The notes under the pieces: model-generated
What the model was told of the DNA's origin: nothing
The model's database searches: none
Seen by the model: only the letters and a program-made list of their open reading frames with translations
Translations under genes and position numbers: made by a program
Source: Chloroflexota bacterium
GTDB taxonomy: Bacteria; Chloroflexota; Ktedonobacteria; Ktedonobacterales; Ktedonobacteraceae
Direction of reading: 5' to 3'
Length of the DNA stretch: 24,747 nucleotides
NCBI GenBank assembly: GCA_046726675.1
Contig: JBKPBA010000498.1
Coordinates: 1 to 24,747 of the forward strand
Part shown: one piece after another, positions 1 to 8,028 of the stretch
Layout of the letters: the number at the start of each line of letters is the position of its first letter
Position numbering within the stretch: position 1 is the first letter of the stretch

Positions 1-43
1 GGCCGCCTTACCCCTAGATGAATCGTAGGGGTATCCGGCGGCC
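1..43. repeat. Imperfect inverted repeat (hairpin) at window edge; terminator or IS200/IS605-type end
   Basis: GGCCGCC (1-7)/GGCGGCC (37-43) and TACCCCTA (9-16)/TAGGGGTA (26-33) pair around a 9-nt loop; lies just downstream of the minus-strand TfoX-like gene. Function not resolved. Confidence 0.5.
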
Positions 44-65
44 CTCTCATGAATGAATTGCGCTC

Positions 66-395
66 CTATATCTTTTTATCCGCAACGTAATCGAATGCAT
101 TTCGAGCAAACTCAAGCCATCTCAAAACATGTTCAAACGGCACCACTACCCACTCTTTCATTGGCCTCCCACGACCTGATGGATCAAACAACCGGGACCC
201 AGCAAGCGCAAGCGCCTCAGCATGGCTGGCGCCACCAAGTTTGAAAACCATCGCACCCTCAGAATATCCCGCAAACGCCTTGCCATTACTATGCTTTAAA
301 CAAGGCATTCCAAACATTTTCCCACTTGTCGTTGGAGATGTAGCAATCATTTCAGAGACAACAGCTTCATATGCTGCTTGAGGTTCCAAAGACAT
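66..395 (-). CDS. TfoX/Sxy N-terminal-domain family protein
   Basis: Motifs KMFGMPCL, GKAFAG, FKL, FDPSGRGRPMKEWVVVP typical of stand-alone TfoX_N proteins; start moved to ATG 395, preceded by AGAGGTG. Confidence 0.75.
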   Translation of the reverse strand: MSLEPQAAYEAVVSEMIATSPTTSGKMFGMPCLKHSNGKAFAGYSEGAMVFKLGGASHAEALALAGSRLFDPSGRGRPMKEWVVVPFEHVLRWLEFARNAFDYVADKKI

Positions 396-431
396 GGTAG
401 TATCACCTCTATTCAGACTATTCAACTCAAT

Positions 432-857
432 TTACGGCGCAGGATGTTGTGGCAACACTATCGCCAGCACTACGGGTAAAAGCACAACCAGCGCAGAAAA
501 CCCTAAAGCCAGCAACGTAGCACGGGCCTGACCACCCGCGCCACCTCGTTGCCAGACTTTCACCCACCTCAATGTACGTACGATAGCAACAACGTACACA
601 ACGAGAGCCACAACTAAACTAGCAATCAGAACGATCACAGACGCTCGCTGCTGTACAAAAAATCCCGGCGGTGCGACTAACTGGCGAGCGAGAGCCGTTA
701 GCAGCACAGTAACAGCAACTACCAGCAGCAGAAGCCCTAATGGGATCAGCCCGACTAATGCACCTCGTACCAATGCGCCTCGTAATGAACTGCCTTTATG
801 TTCTAACGAAAGACTTTGTGCTGGATCATTCAATGTGTTATACATCTGTGAAGACAT
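432..857 (-). CDS. Hypothetical membrane protein (about 3 TM helices, 141 aa)
   Basis: Three long hydrophobic segments; ATG 857 preceded by AGAGGAGG, so the ORF-track extension to 1013 (overlapping the upstream gene) is not used. Confidence 0.7.
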   Translation of the reverse strand: MSSQMYNTLNDPAQSLSLEHKGSSLRGALVRGALVGLIPLGLLLLVVAVTVLLTALARQLVAPPGFFVQQRASVIVLIASLVVALVVYVVAIVRTLRWVKVWQRGGAGGQARATLLALGFSALVVLLPVVLAIVLPQHPAP

Positions 858-879
858 CGTTTCCTCCTCTAAACCGGTA

Positions 880-1911
880 TTATTTACCGCTGGTATCTGG
901 TCCAAGCGCCGCAGTATAAAAGGCAACCACACGATCAACGTACACTGCGCCCTCCGTATTGAACGACTGGGCATGATCGGCTCCTGGCACTGACCAGGTC
1001 TGGACGTTGGCATCAGGTACAGTACGGGCCGCAGCAGCTAGAATATTCAAATTCGATGGTGGTATGTAGTGATCATTAGCCCCATGAATAAAAAGTATTG
1101 GACGGGGTGCGATGTTTGCCACGATATCTTCTGGTCGAACAGCATAAAAGTCCATGCCGTATAGAACATTGGCTGCGAAAAGTCCTCCAGGGGTGAACAA
1201 TGCGGGTAAATGACCGCCTTTGGGAACCTCGCGTTCTAGAATAGGGATGATATCGGCATAGGCACAATCAGAGACAACTGCACGGAAATCTGGCTCTTGC
1301 GCGGCTGCCATCAACAGCGTAGCTGCCCCCATCGAGACACCCCAACCTCCAACGATGTGCGTACGACCTAATGCAGGATAAGGAATTGGGCCAGAACGTA
1401 AGAAATCCACCGCTCCAAGCACATCGCGCTGCTCAAAGTAGCCGAGAGAGAGCGGTGCCGGCGGCGATTCACCTGTACCGCGCATATCGAAGGCAAGTAT
1501 AGCAAACCCATGACGAGCAAGTTCGCCGCTGAGGTTGAGGAGTCCAGCTTTCTGATCGGTACGATTCGTGCGAGTACCATGCACCACGATAAGTGTTCGC
1601 TGCGACGTCAGTTTTCCATCAGGCCACACGCCTGGTATGTACCAACCTTTTAGTTGCACATGGTCTACTCGACTCGGGAAAGTGACGTACTTGAACTGTA
1701 ATCCCAACGAGGCTGGTGTGGCATACAGTGGCTTTTGTGGCACATAGACCAATTGCGTTGCGATATAGATTGAGAGAGCAGTATAGGCCATGGTCACAAT
1801 GACGGAGACGATAAGCAAAGTCACAACAATCCAACGTAAAAGACGACCTGTCTTCGCTCCTGCCTGAGTTTGTGTGACAGGGGCAACAGATGACGATGTA
1901 CGAGATAACAT
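880..1911 (-). CDS. Membrane-anchored alpha/beta hydrolase
   Basis: N-terminal TM helix, VHG oxyanion motif, FDMRGTGES, nucleophile elbow GVSMG, FIHGANDHYIP (Asp), GADHAQ (His); AAGGA upstream. Confidence 0.85.
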   Translation of the reverse strand: MLSRTSSSVAPVTQTQAGAKTGRLLRWIVVTLLIVSVIVTMAYTALSIYIATQLVYVPQKPLYATPASLGLQFKYVTFPSRVDHVQLKGWYIPGVWPDGKLTSQRTLIVVHGTRTNRTDQKAGLLNLSGELARHGFAILAFDMRGTGESPPAPLSLGYFEQRDVLGAVDFLRSGPIPYPALGRTHIVGGWGVSMGAATLLMAAAQEPDFRAVVSDCAYADIIPILEREVPKGGHLPALFTPGGLFAANVLYGMDFYAVRPEDIVANIAPRPILFIHGANDHYIPPSNLNILAAAARTVPDANVQTWSVPGADHAQSFNTEGAVYVDRVVAFYTAALGPDTSGK

Positions 1912-2098
1912 AGCAAGGTTTCCTTAATACCATATGAGACAGACCGCGTACCTTTATGCAGATGTCATACCATTCCATATAAAGGCTCATCCATTTGGAG
2001 TGTAGCACTTTGATTATGAAATAGCAAGCATTGACAATACTGGGGGTGCGCGTACGATTTGTGCAGAGACAGGCAGCCGAGCGAAGCGATGGCCAGTC

Positions 2099-2122
2099 GT
2101 AGGGGCCCGATTGATCGCGCCC
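2099..2122 (+). repeat. GTAG-type REP-like palindrome, inverted partner of the copies at 2171 and 3634
   Basis: CGTAGGGGCCCGATTGATCGCGCCC is the near reverse complement of GGGCGCGATAAATCTGGCCCCTACG at 3634-3658. Confidence 0.75.
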
Positions 2123-2190
2123 ACGGGGTGGCGTGGGGCAAACGTCCGCATGAGCCTCCCCCCACCCCATGGGCGCGATCAATCTGGCCC

Positions 2191-3633
2191 CATAAGCATT
2201 AACTTAAGGACTGAAGAGTTCCCAATCGGAACCCTCCAGCAACATCTGCATGGTGCCGGGATCAGCCTTGCGCCGATTGACGCGACAGCCCGAGCGCATA
2301 CTGCGGCGCAGGGAGCGTTCCAGGCAGTCCCAACGATACTCGCCATGCAGCGCCGCTAGCACCCGCATGGCAAGGCGGCGCACCACCTGCGCCGCCTTGC
2401 CCAGGCTGCGCCACGGGTCGTGCCAACAGCCCAGCAGGATGAGCCAGTGGTGCAGCAGCATGGCAGCCAGCTTGCCATACACTTCGCACAAGATACGCCA
2501 GGGCTGCTTGCTGCGCCACTCATCGATCTGGCCATAGTGTTTCCAAAGCTTGTACAGCAGTTCCAGTTGCCAGCGGATGCGCATGAGTTGCAGGACTTCG
2601 ATCACGCTCAGGCGCCCACGCGACACATTGGTGATGACGATCGTCCACTCGGCCAGGTACCATTGCTCTGGCGAGACCGCTTGCCCTTTATCCCGGGCTT
2701 CTTCTTCCAGCCGTTCCCGTCGCTGCCTGGCTACCTCACTGGGTACTCGCACGATGATCAGACGAGCAGGAATGCGCGCCTGTGCTCCTCCCAACACCCC
2801 GTATTGCACCACCTGACCGACCTGCTGGGGCAAGAGCCCACGCAGCTGCAGTCGATAGCTGCCCTTGCGATTGAGCAAGACGGTCTGGCTCTTGAGTCGC
2901 ATCAGCCACCACACCCCCGCCTGTGCTTGCCGTTGGAGCCAGGCTAAATCAAAGTAGCCCAGATCAGCTAGAAACAGCGTCCCTGCCAGCAGCGCCAGTG
3001 CTTTGAACGGACTGCGATGGTCGGGGAGCCGCCCATCAGACAAGCATGGCCCTTGCAACTGCCCACACAGCAAGTCCCACCGCACCTGTAATGTGACGGC
3101 AGCCGGCGAAGTCCCCGTGCGCCCGCCGCAGCCGCGCCACCCCTCTTGCAAGCCTGGGGGCAAGCCCACCACACTACTATCTTCCACCACCACCGCTTCA
3201 AAGCGGCGCAGCAGCGGAATATCGACCGGATCTGCTTGCATGAGCTGGGCGGCCATCCGCTGCAGCATCGCCTGCATGAAGCGGGTGCAGGCAGCCGTGA
3301 AACGCTTGCTTAAGCCGGGGGCCGAGAGATCCACCTCGCACTCCTGAGCCACTTGCGGCAAGGCGTCCAGCGACGCATCGGCCTGCTCCAGCCAGCCAAA
3401 CACCAGCAACAAGAAAAACTGCGCTCCATCAAAGTTGCGTTCCCTTTGGATAAAGCCCGTCTCACGGGCCACCTCGGTGGCTTGTGCCAGTACCTGCTCT
3501 AAGCTCTCTTTGATCTGTGTTATCCTTCGCATTGAAGGTCTCCTTCCCATCATGACTAGTGTTTCAGAACTTGCTTTCATGATGTCTTATGGAGATCCTT
3601 TGTGTCATCCCTTTCCTTAAGTTAATGGCTATG
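2191..3633 (-). mobile_element. IS4-family insertion sequence (CAT ends), 1443 bp
   Basis: Terminal inverted repeats CATAAGCATTAACTTAAGGA (2191-2210) and TCCTTAAGTTAATGGCTATG (3614-3633; 18/20 match) enclose one transposase; visibly more GC-rich than the flanks. Confidence 0.9.
2204..3532 (-). CDS. IS4-family DDE transposase
   Basis: VVEDSS, FLADLGY and RIRWQLELLYKLWK (YREK-like signature); ATG 3532 preceded by AGGAG; stop TAA lies within the terminal repeat. Confidence 0.9.
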   Translation of the reverse strand: MRRITQIKESLEQVLAQATEVARETGFIQRERNFDGAQFFLLLVFGWLEQADASLDALPQVAQECEVDLSAPGLSKRFTAACTRFMQAMLQRMAAQLMQADPVDIPLLRRFEAVVVEDSSVVGLPPGLQEGWRGCGGRTGTSPAAVTLQVRWDLLCGQLQGPCLSDGRLPDHRSPFKALALLAGTLFLADLGYFDLAWLQRQAQAGVWWLMRLKSQTVLLNRKGSYRLQLRGLLPQQVGQVVQYGVLGGAQARIPARLIIVRVPSEVARQRRERLEEEARDKGQAVSPEQWYLAEWTIVITNVSRGRLSVIEVLQLMRIRWQLELLYKLWKHYGQIDEWRSKQPWRILCEVYGKLAAMLLHHWLILLGCWHDPWRSLGKAAQVVRRLAMRVLAALHGEYRWDCLERSLRRSMRSGCRVNRRKADPGTMQMLLEGSDWELFSP

Positions 3634-3787
3634 GGGCGCGATAAATCTGGCCCCTACGGCACTTTGTGCAAAAATCGTACGCACACCCCAATACTGGCTA
3701 TTTCTCAAGCATACGCTCTTATTTGGAGTTTACATCTCATCCAAATCCCAGGAGAGTGTCATTTGACCTATATTAGTGATCAGGTCT

Positions 3788-4072
3788 TTATTGTGCAGCG
3801 GTCCTGGAGTGCAGCCAAGCGTTGCACTTCGTGATTAACCGGGGCAGGAGCGCCACGACAAGAACGGCTAACCAGATGGCGGTAGCCGTTGCAAAGAGTG
3901 TGCCGAACAACCACGTGCCCAGCCACCCTCCGAGCAAGGCAGCCAGCGCACCGAGGCCGAGCATGCCCAGACGTCCACCACGAACCCATGCCGCCGGCCG
4001 CAGCTTCGCCGCATTAGCCAGCGCACCGATGAGAAGGCCAACAAACAACCAGAAGAGTGAAAGGATCAGCAT
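3788..4072 (-). CDS. Small Gly-rich membrane protein (GlsB/YeaQ/YmgE-like)
   Basis: Three TM segments with GLLIGALA and GALAALLGGWLG patterns; GAGGAG upstream. Family assignment by motif resemblance only. Confidence 0.6.
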   Translation of the reverse strand: MLILSLFWLFVGLLIGALANAAKLRPAAWVRGGRLGMLGLGALAALLGGWLGTWLFGTLFATATAIWLAVLVVALLPRLITKCNAWLHSRTAAQ

Positions 4073-4105
4073 CGTCGCTCCTCGCTTTCTGCTCCGTTAC
4101 GATGC

Positions 4106-5335
4106 TCAGGAGCCAACCAGCAGTAGACTGTTAATAGTTTGGAACAGCCTGGTACCATCACTCAGTAGTTGGGCCATGTCAAGGTTCGACCGTACCTGTA
4201 CGTGCGAGAAGATACCATAAGCGGCAAAGTCATATGGATGATGGAGGCGAGCAAGCGCCACTGCAAATTCCTGAGCCTGGGTGAACGGTATGGATTGATC
4301 GTTGCGGTCATGCAGCAAGTGGATTGGAGCACGTACCTGATCGATGACCGACATCGGTGAGAGTTGGATGAGCAGCGCTTTCATCTGGGGCGAGAGCGCA
4401 CTGAGATTGCGGTCGACACTGCCGGGCTCATCGCCTTCCAGCAGGTGATAGAACGCCGCGGTTCCTGGCGAAAGTTGCGCCTGTTGCTGCGCGGTCAGCG
4501 GGGGAGCGATTTTATCAGGGAACGCTTTCTGCATGAGCTTGTTTTCTGCAGGCGAGAGCAGGCTGCTCACGGTGCGGGCCAACGCGAATTGGTCGGTCGC
4601 AATCGGCTGCCAGGGCTGCGTCTGGCCATCGACGTCCTGGGCGCGCTTGCCTATGACGCGGAGCAGGCTGGTCACATCAAAATAACCACCTAGCATGCCG
4701 ATGAACGCCACCTGGTCGCGGATGCGCGGGTCGGCTGCAGCCACGCTGGCCAGTTCATCGCCGACGCTGAAAGTGATGATGCCGATGTGATGCGGGTCCA
4801 CGCCCGGCCAGTGCTCCAGTAGCTCGAATGCCTGCACTACGGCCTCACCGTCGCGCGCCGAGATCTGGAAGTTGAAGAGAGTGGGCGTCCCGACATTGAC
4901 GACGACGATGCCCTCTCGCGCAAAAGATTGCGCGAAGTTGATGAACTGTGGTACTTCGCGATTATCGCCAGCTCCCACAATGGTGATGATAGCCTCGCGC
5001 CCGCCGGGGATCAGGGGAGGTGACGTGGCCGGCTCGTAGATGTCCAGAAAGACCGGGCCAATGGCTGAGGATAGCGTAATGCGCCTGAAGCGCACGGCGT
5101 CGCCAGCAAGCACCAACGGCGCGGGCGCAGAGGCGCTAATCACCGCCGGGAGCAGCAAGGTACTGCGTGACCAGGCCCGTCCCCAAGGGAAAAGCGAGAA
5201 AAAACATCCTGCGCACAGCAAGAAGGCGAGGGCCGCCTGCGCTGCTCTCTGGCCCAGTCTCAAGGTTCGCCGGGGTTTGGCTCCAGGCGACCCAGGGTCG
5301 ATTTCCTGCCTTGTAGATAGCTGCTTATAGTCCAT
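4106..5335 (-). CDS. Membrane-anchored alpha/beta hydrolase-fold protein
   Basis: N-terminal TM helix, DIYEP, HIGIITFSVG (elbow-like), LLHDRNDQSIP (Asp), FSHV (His); start 5335 has GAGG upstream, alternative start 5374. Confidence 0.7.
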   Translation of the reverse strand: MDYKQLSTRQEIDPGSPGAKPRRTLRLGQRAAQAALAFLLCAGCFFSLFPWGRAWSRSTLLLPAVISASAPAPLVLAGDAVRFRRITLSSAIGPVFLDIYEPATSPPLIPGGREAIITIVGAGDNREVPQFINFAQSFAREGIVVVNVGTPTLFNFQISARDGEAVVQAFELLEHWPGVDPHHIGIITFSVGDELASVAAADPRIRDQVAFIGMLGGYFDVTSLLRVIGKRAQDVDGQTQPWQPIATDQFALARTVSSLLSPAENKLMQKAFPDKIAPPLTAQQQAQLSPGTAAFYHLLEGDEPGSVDRNLSALSPQMKALLIQLSPMSVIDQVRAPIHLLHDRNDQSIPFTQAQEFAVALARLHHPYDFAAYGIFSHVQVRSNLDMAQLLSDGTRLFQTINSLLLVGS

Positions 5336-5534
5336 AGCAGTATCGCCTCGCGCTTCCCGCACTGGTTGACGCATCTCTTTCAGGCTCCATTGCTGCTCGA
5401 CCAGAGCGTGAACCAGCTAACGTTTGCGCGCTCTTCCCTTTCATAAGATAAGAACGCTGCATAGCTCCTCCAGGTCACTGATTGAGGACATGCTCATTAA
5501 GTGGTGCATTCGGCAAATTCGTGGATGAGAACCA

Positions 5535-5578
5535 GGGCCGATCAATCGGCGCTGTGCACGATCAATCGGCACCTACGG
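5535..5578 (-). repeat. Tandem pair of GTAG-type REP-like palindromes
   Basis: CGATCAATCGGC occurs twice with a 20-bp period (5539-5550, 5559-5570), ending in CTACG; same family as the 2099/2171/3634 copies. Confidence 0.7.
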
Positions 5579-5623
5579 TTTCCCCAGGAATGAGCGAATG
5601 CACCACTAAGTATACATACAACC

Positions 5624-7435
5624 TTAACTGTTCTTAGCAGGCTCTGTTTCGACAAGATCAGCCCGTATGCGCTGCACACCCTGACCAATGGTTTCAGCTT
5701 TGATGATGCGGAAGCGTCCCATACCGCCAGTATGCCGCACATGCGGGCCACCGCACACCTCCATCGAGTGATCCCCAATCTTATAAACTTTGACCAGATC
5801 ACCGTAGCGCTCACCAAAGAAAGCCAGCGCCCCCTGATCGAGCGCCTGTTGCAGAGGCATCACCTCCACTGTTGTCTGAAGGTCACGCAAAATCTGCTGG
5901 TTCACGATCTCCTCAACGCGCCGTATTTCCTCACTGGTCAGCTTCTTTGGATGCGAGAAATCAAAGCGCAGCCGCTCCTGTGTAATGTTGCTTCCTACCT
6001 GGTGCACATGTGTCCCTAGCACATCACGCAGCGCCTGGTGGAGCAGGTGTGTCGCAGTATGCAGTCGCGTAGTACGTTCGCTGTAATCAGCCAGTCCGCC
6101 CGCAAACTTTTTCTGATTAGCCTGGCGTGAGCGTTCTTGATGCTGCTTGAAAAGGAAATTGAAGCCAACTAGATCAATACTCAGGCCGCGTTCCTGGGCC
6201 AGTTCAGCCGTTAAGGTCGGGGGGAATCCAAAGGTATCAAAAAGCCGGAAGACTGTCTCGCCTGGCAGAATCGTCTCACCTCGCTGGCGTAGCCTTTCCT
6301 CCTGCTTCTGGAATTCACGCAGCCCTCGCGACAGTGTGCGCCCAAAGCGCTCCTCCTCACGAGTCAATTCGTTCATGACGGTTGCCTGTTGCTCTTCCAA
6401 TTCTGGATAGATCGGCCTATAACGAGCGATGACTGTTTGCGCCACTTCAGCAGTGAAAGTGCGTGGCATGTTCAGTTCTTGCCCACATCGCACTGCACGA
6501 CGTATCAATCGGCGGCAGATGTAGCCTTGCTCGACATTACTGGGTATCACACCATCAGCAATAATGAACGTTGCTGCACGTAGATGGTCGGCGATGATAC
6601 ATATCAGCCGCTGCTCCGGTTCAGATGAGACAACCTTCTTTCTCTCCTGCCGCTCGCGTAGTTCACCGATGCGCTCCACAATAGGTATGAATAGATCAGT
6701 AGCATAGACATCGCTGGTTCCCAGGTGTACACAGAGCGTTCGTTCCAGGCCAATACCCACATCAATGTTACGCTGCTTGAGCGGCTCGTATGTACCCTCT
6801 GCTGTTTTGTTGTACTGCATGAAGACGTTATTGCCGATCTCAATATATTTACCGCAGCCGCAACCCGGCTGGCAATCAGAACCATGCATTGGGCGGCCTG
6901 TGTCGTAGAAGAGTTCAGAGTCTGGACCACAAGGACCTGTCTTGCTATCAGGTGGCCACCAGTTGTCCTTTTTAGACAGGTAGTAGATACGCTCCTGAGG
7001 AATACCCAACTCTAGCCACACCTGCGCTGCTTCGTCGTCACGGGGAGCATCACTATCACCTGCAAAGACGGTGACAGAGATGCGCTCCTGCTCCAATCCC
7101 AGGGCACATGTAAACCATTCTAATGTCCAACGCAATGAATCCTGTTTCCAGTAGTCACCAAGTGACCAGAAGCCTAACATCTCAAAGAAGGTGTTATGGC
7201 TGATATCACCGACTTCTTCAATGTCATCGGTGCGTAAACACTTTTGCACATTCACCAGGCGTCGCCCATTAGGATGACTCTCACCCAGCAGATAAGGCAC
7301 GAGCGGTTGCATGCCGGCGCTCATAAACAGTACGCTTGGGTCGTTTTCCGGCACGAGCGGTGCTGATGGAATAATTATGTGCCCACGCTCCGCAAAGAAG
7401 CTCAAGAACAACTGTCTCAGTTCATCCCCTGTCAT
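5624..7435 (-). CDS. alaS: Alanine--tRNA ligase, short form lacking the C-Ala domain
   Basis: ELRQLFLSFF, DPSVLFMSAGMQP, QKCLRTDDIEEVG, HNTFFEMLG, GPCGPDSE, DHLRA, PSN..GY..RRLIRRA, FDTFGFP, editing motifs HTATHLLH and EVCGGPHV; ends shortly after RIRA; T-box leader upstream. Confidence 0.95.
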   Translation of the reverse strand: MTGDELRQLFLSFFAERGHIIIPSAPLVPENDPSVLFMSAGMQPLVPYLLGESHPNGRRLVNVQKCLRTDDIEEVGDISHNTFFEMLGFWSLGDYWKQDSLRWTLEWFTCALGLEQERISVTVFAGDSDAPRDDEAAQVWLELGIPQERIYYLSKKDNWWPPDSKTGPCGPDSELFYDTGRPMHGSDCQPGCGCGKYIEIGNNVFMQYNKTAEGTYEPLKQRNIDVGIGLERTLCVHLGTSDVYATDLFIPIVERIGELRERQERKKVVSSEPEQRLICIIADHLRAATFIIADGVIPSNVEQGYICRRLIRRAVRCGQELNMPRTFTAEVAQTVIARYRPIYPELEEQQATVMNELTREEERFGRTLSRGLREFQKQEERLRQRGETILPGETVFRLFDTFGFPPTLTAELAQERGLSIDLVGFNFLFKQHQERSRQANQKKFAGGLADYSERTTRLHTATHLLHQALRDVLGTHVHQVGSNITQERLRFDFSHPKKLTSEEIRRVEEIVNQQILRDLQTTVEVMPLQQALDQGALAFFGERYGDLVKVYKIGDHSMEVCGGPHVRHTGGMGRFRIIKAETIGQGVQRIRADLVETEPAKNS

Positions 7436-7465
7436 GATTCATTCCTTTCTCATACATTAGTACAC

Positions 7466-7505
7466 AAACAAAAAGCCCGCCTCGAACAAATGTCGGGGCG
7501 GGCTT
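7466..7505 (-). terminator. Intrinsic terminator of the alaS T-box leader
   Basis: Minus strand AAGCCCGCCCCGAC-ATTT-GTTCGAGGCGGGCTT followed by TTTGTTTG. Confidence 0.85.
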
Positions 7506-7860
7506 GATAATTCAAATACAACCCGTGGTACCACCCTGCTTGGAACTGGACCGCGTCCATAAAAAGCACGCGTACAGGTTTCCCACTCAACGGGCACGGA
7601 ACGCACTTGTTAAAGTGATCACCAATGCAAAATCTCTGGCAACACACTCCAATTGGCATACGTTCGATGCCTTGCCCTTATGTAACGGTGGGCTTCCGGC
7701 AAGAATTACTGACCACCTCAATTGAGGTAGTGTTCGTCCCGCGCCGTGGTCTGATGGACTCTAAGCTTCAGACCAGAGGGTGGCTTTCCATGTGGCTCCA
7801 CATGCCAGGCTTTCACCATTCCCGGCTCGCTGTTTCTGTTGCCAATATGTATTCGTCCCT
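7466..7860 (-). ncRNA. T-box riboswitch (Ala) leader of alaS
   Basis: Minus strand: stem I with AGCGAGCCGGG..GGTGAAAGCCTGGC, specifier GGAAA-GCC-A (GCC at 7784-7782), CCGTTA element, T-box AGCAGGGTGGTACCACG (7540-7524) and an overlapping antiterminator/terminator. Confidence 0.9.
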
Positions 7861-7889
7861 CGTGACGACGTATTATATGCGATATGTCA

Positions 7890-7919
7890 AGTATACATAC
7901 AGGTGGTGAAATTTGTCAA
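7890..7919 (-). promoter_or_regulatory. Candidate sigma70 promoter for the alaS leader
   Basis: TTGACA (7919-7914), 18-bp spacer, TATACT (7895-7890), about 30 nt upstream of T-box stem I. Confidence 0.6.
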
Positions 7920-7993
7920 CATACCGCATCAAGGAGTCCTCTGCTTTCTAAGCATAAGGAGGAATTGGCACAAGCTTCACACTAAGCGCGTAT

Positions 7994-8022
7994 TTCACAT
8001 TTGTGTGAACATGTGCTATACT
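7994..8022 (+). promoter_or_regulatory. Candidate promoter giving a leaderless tnpB mRNA
   Basis: TTCACA (7994-7999), 17-bp spacer, TG-C-TATACT (8017-8022); ATG at 8029, no Shine-Dalgarno. Confidence 0.6.
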
Positions 8023-8028
8023 TCTCTT

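Larger units (their letters stand above)
2044..3688. mobile_element. MITE-like non-autonomous element (about 180 bp once the nested IS4 is removed)
   Basis: Terminal inverted repeats GGGTGCGCGTACGATTTGTGCAGAGA (from 2044) and TTTGTGCAAAAATCGTACGCACACCC (3663-3688); flanked by perfect direct repeat CAATACTGG (2035-2043, 3689-3697). Confidence 0.75.

Noticed and set aside
2250-3347. Several plus-strand ORFs of 88-175 aa inside the IS4 element
   Set aside because: Shadows of a GC-rich transposase gene; no motifs or SD.
7872-7890. Perfect TTGACA and TATAAT on the minus strand upstream of the T-box
   Set aside because: Only 7 bp apart, so they cannot form one promoter.
7780-8028. 83-aa N-terminal extension of TnpB in the ORF track
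   Set aside because: Overlaps the T-box, the alaS promoter and the element's left end; a promoter sits directly before ATG 8029.
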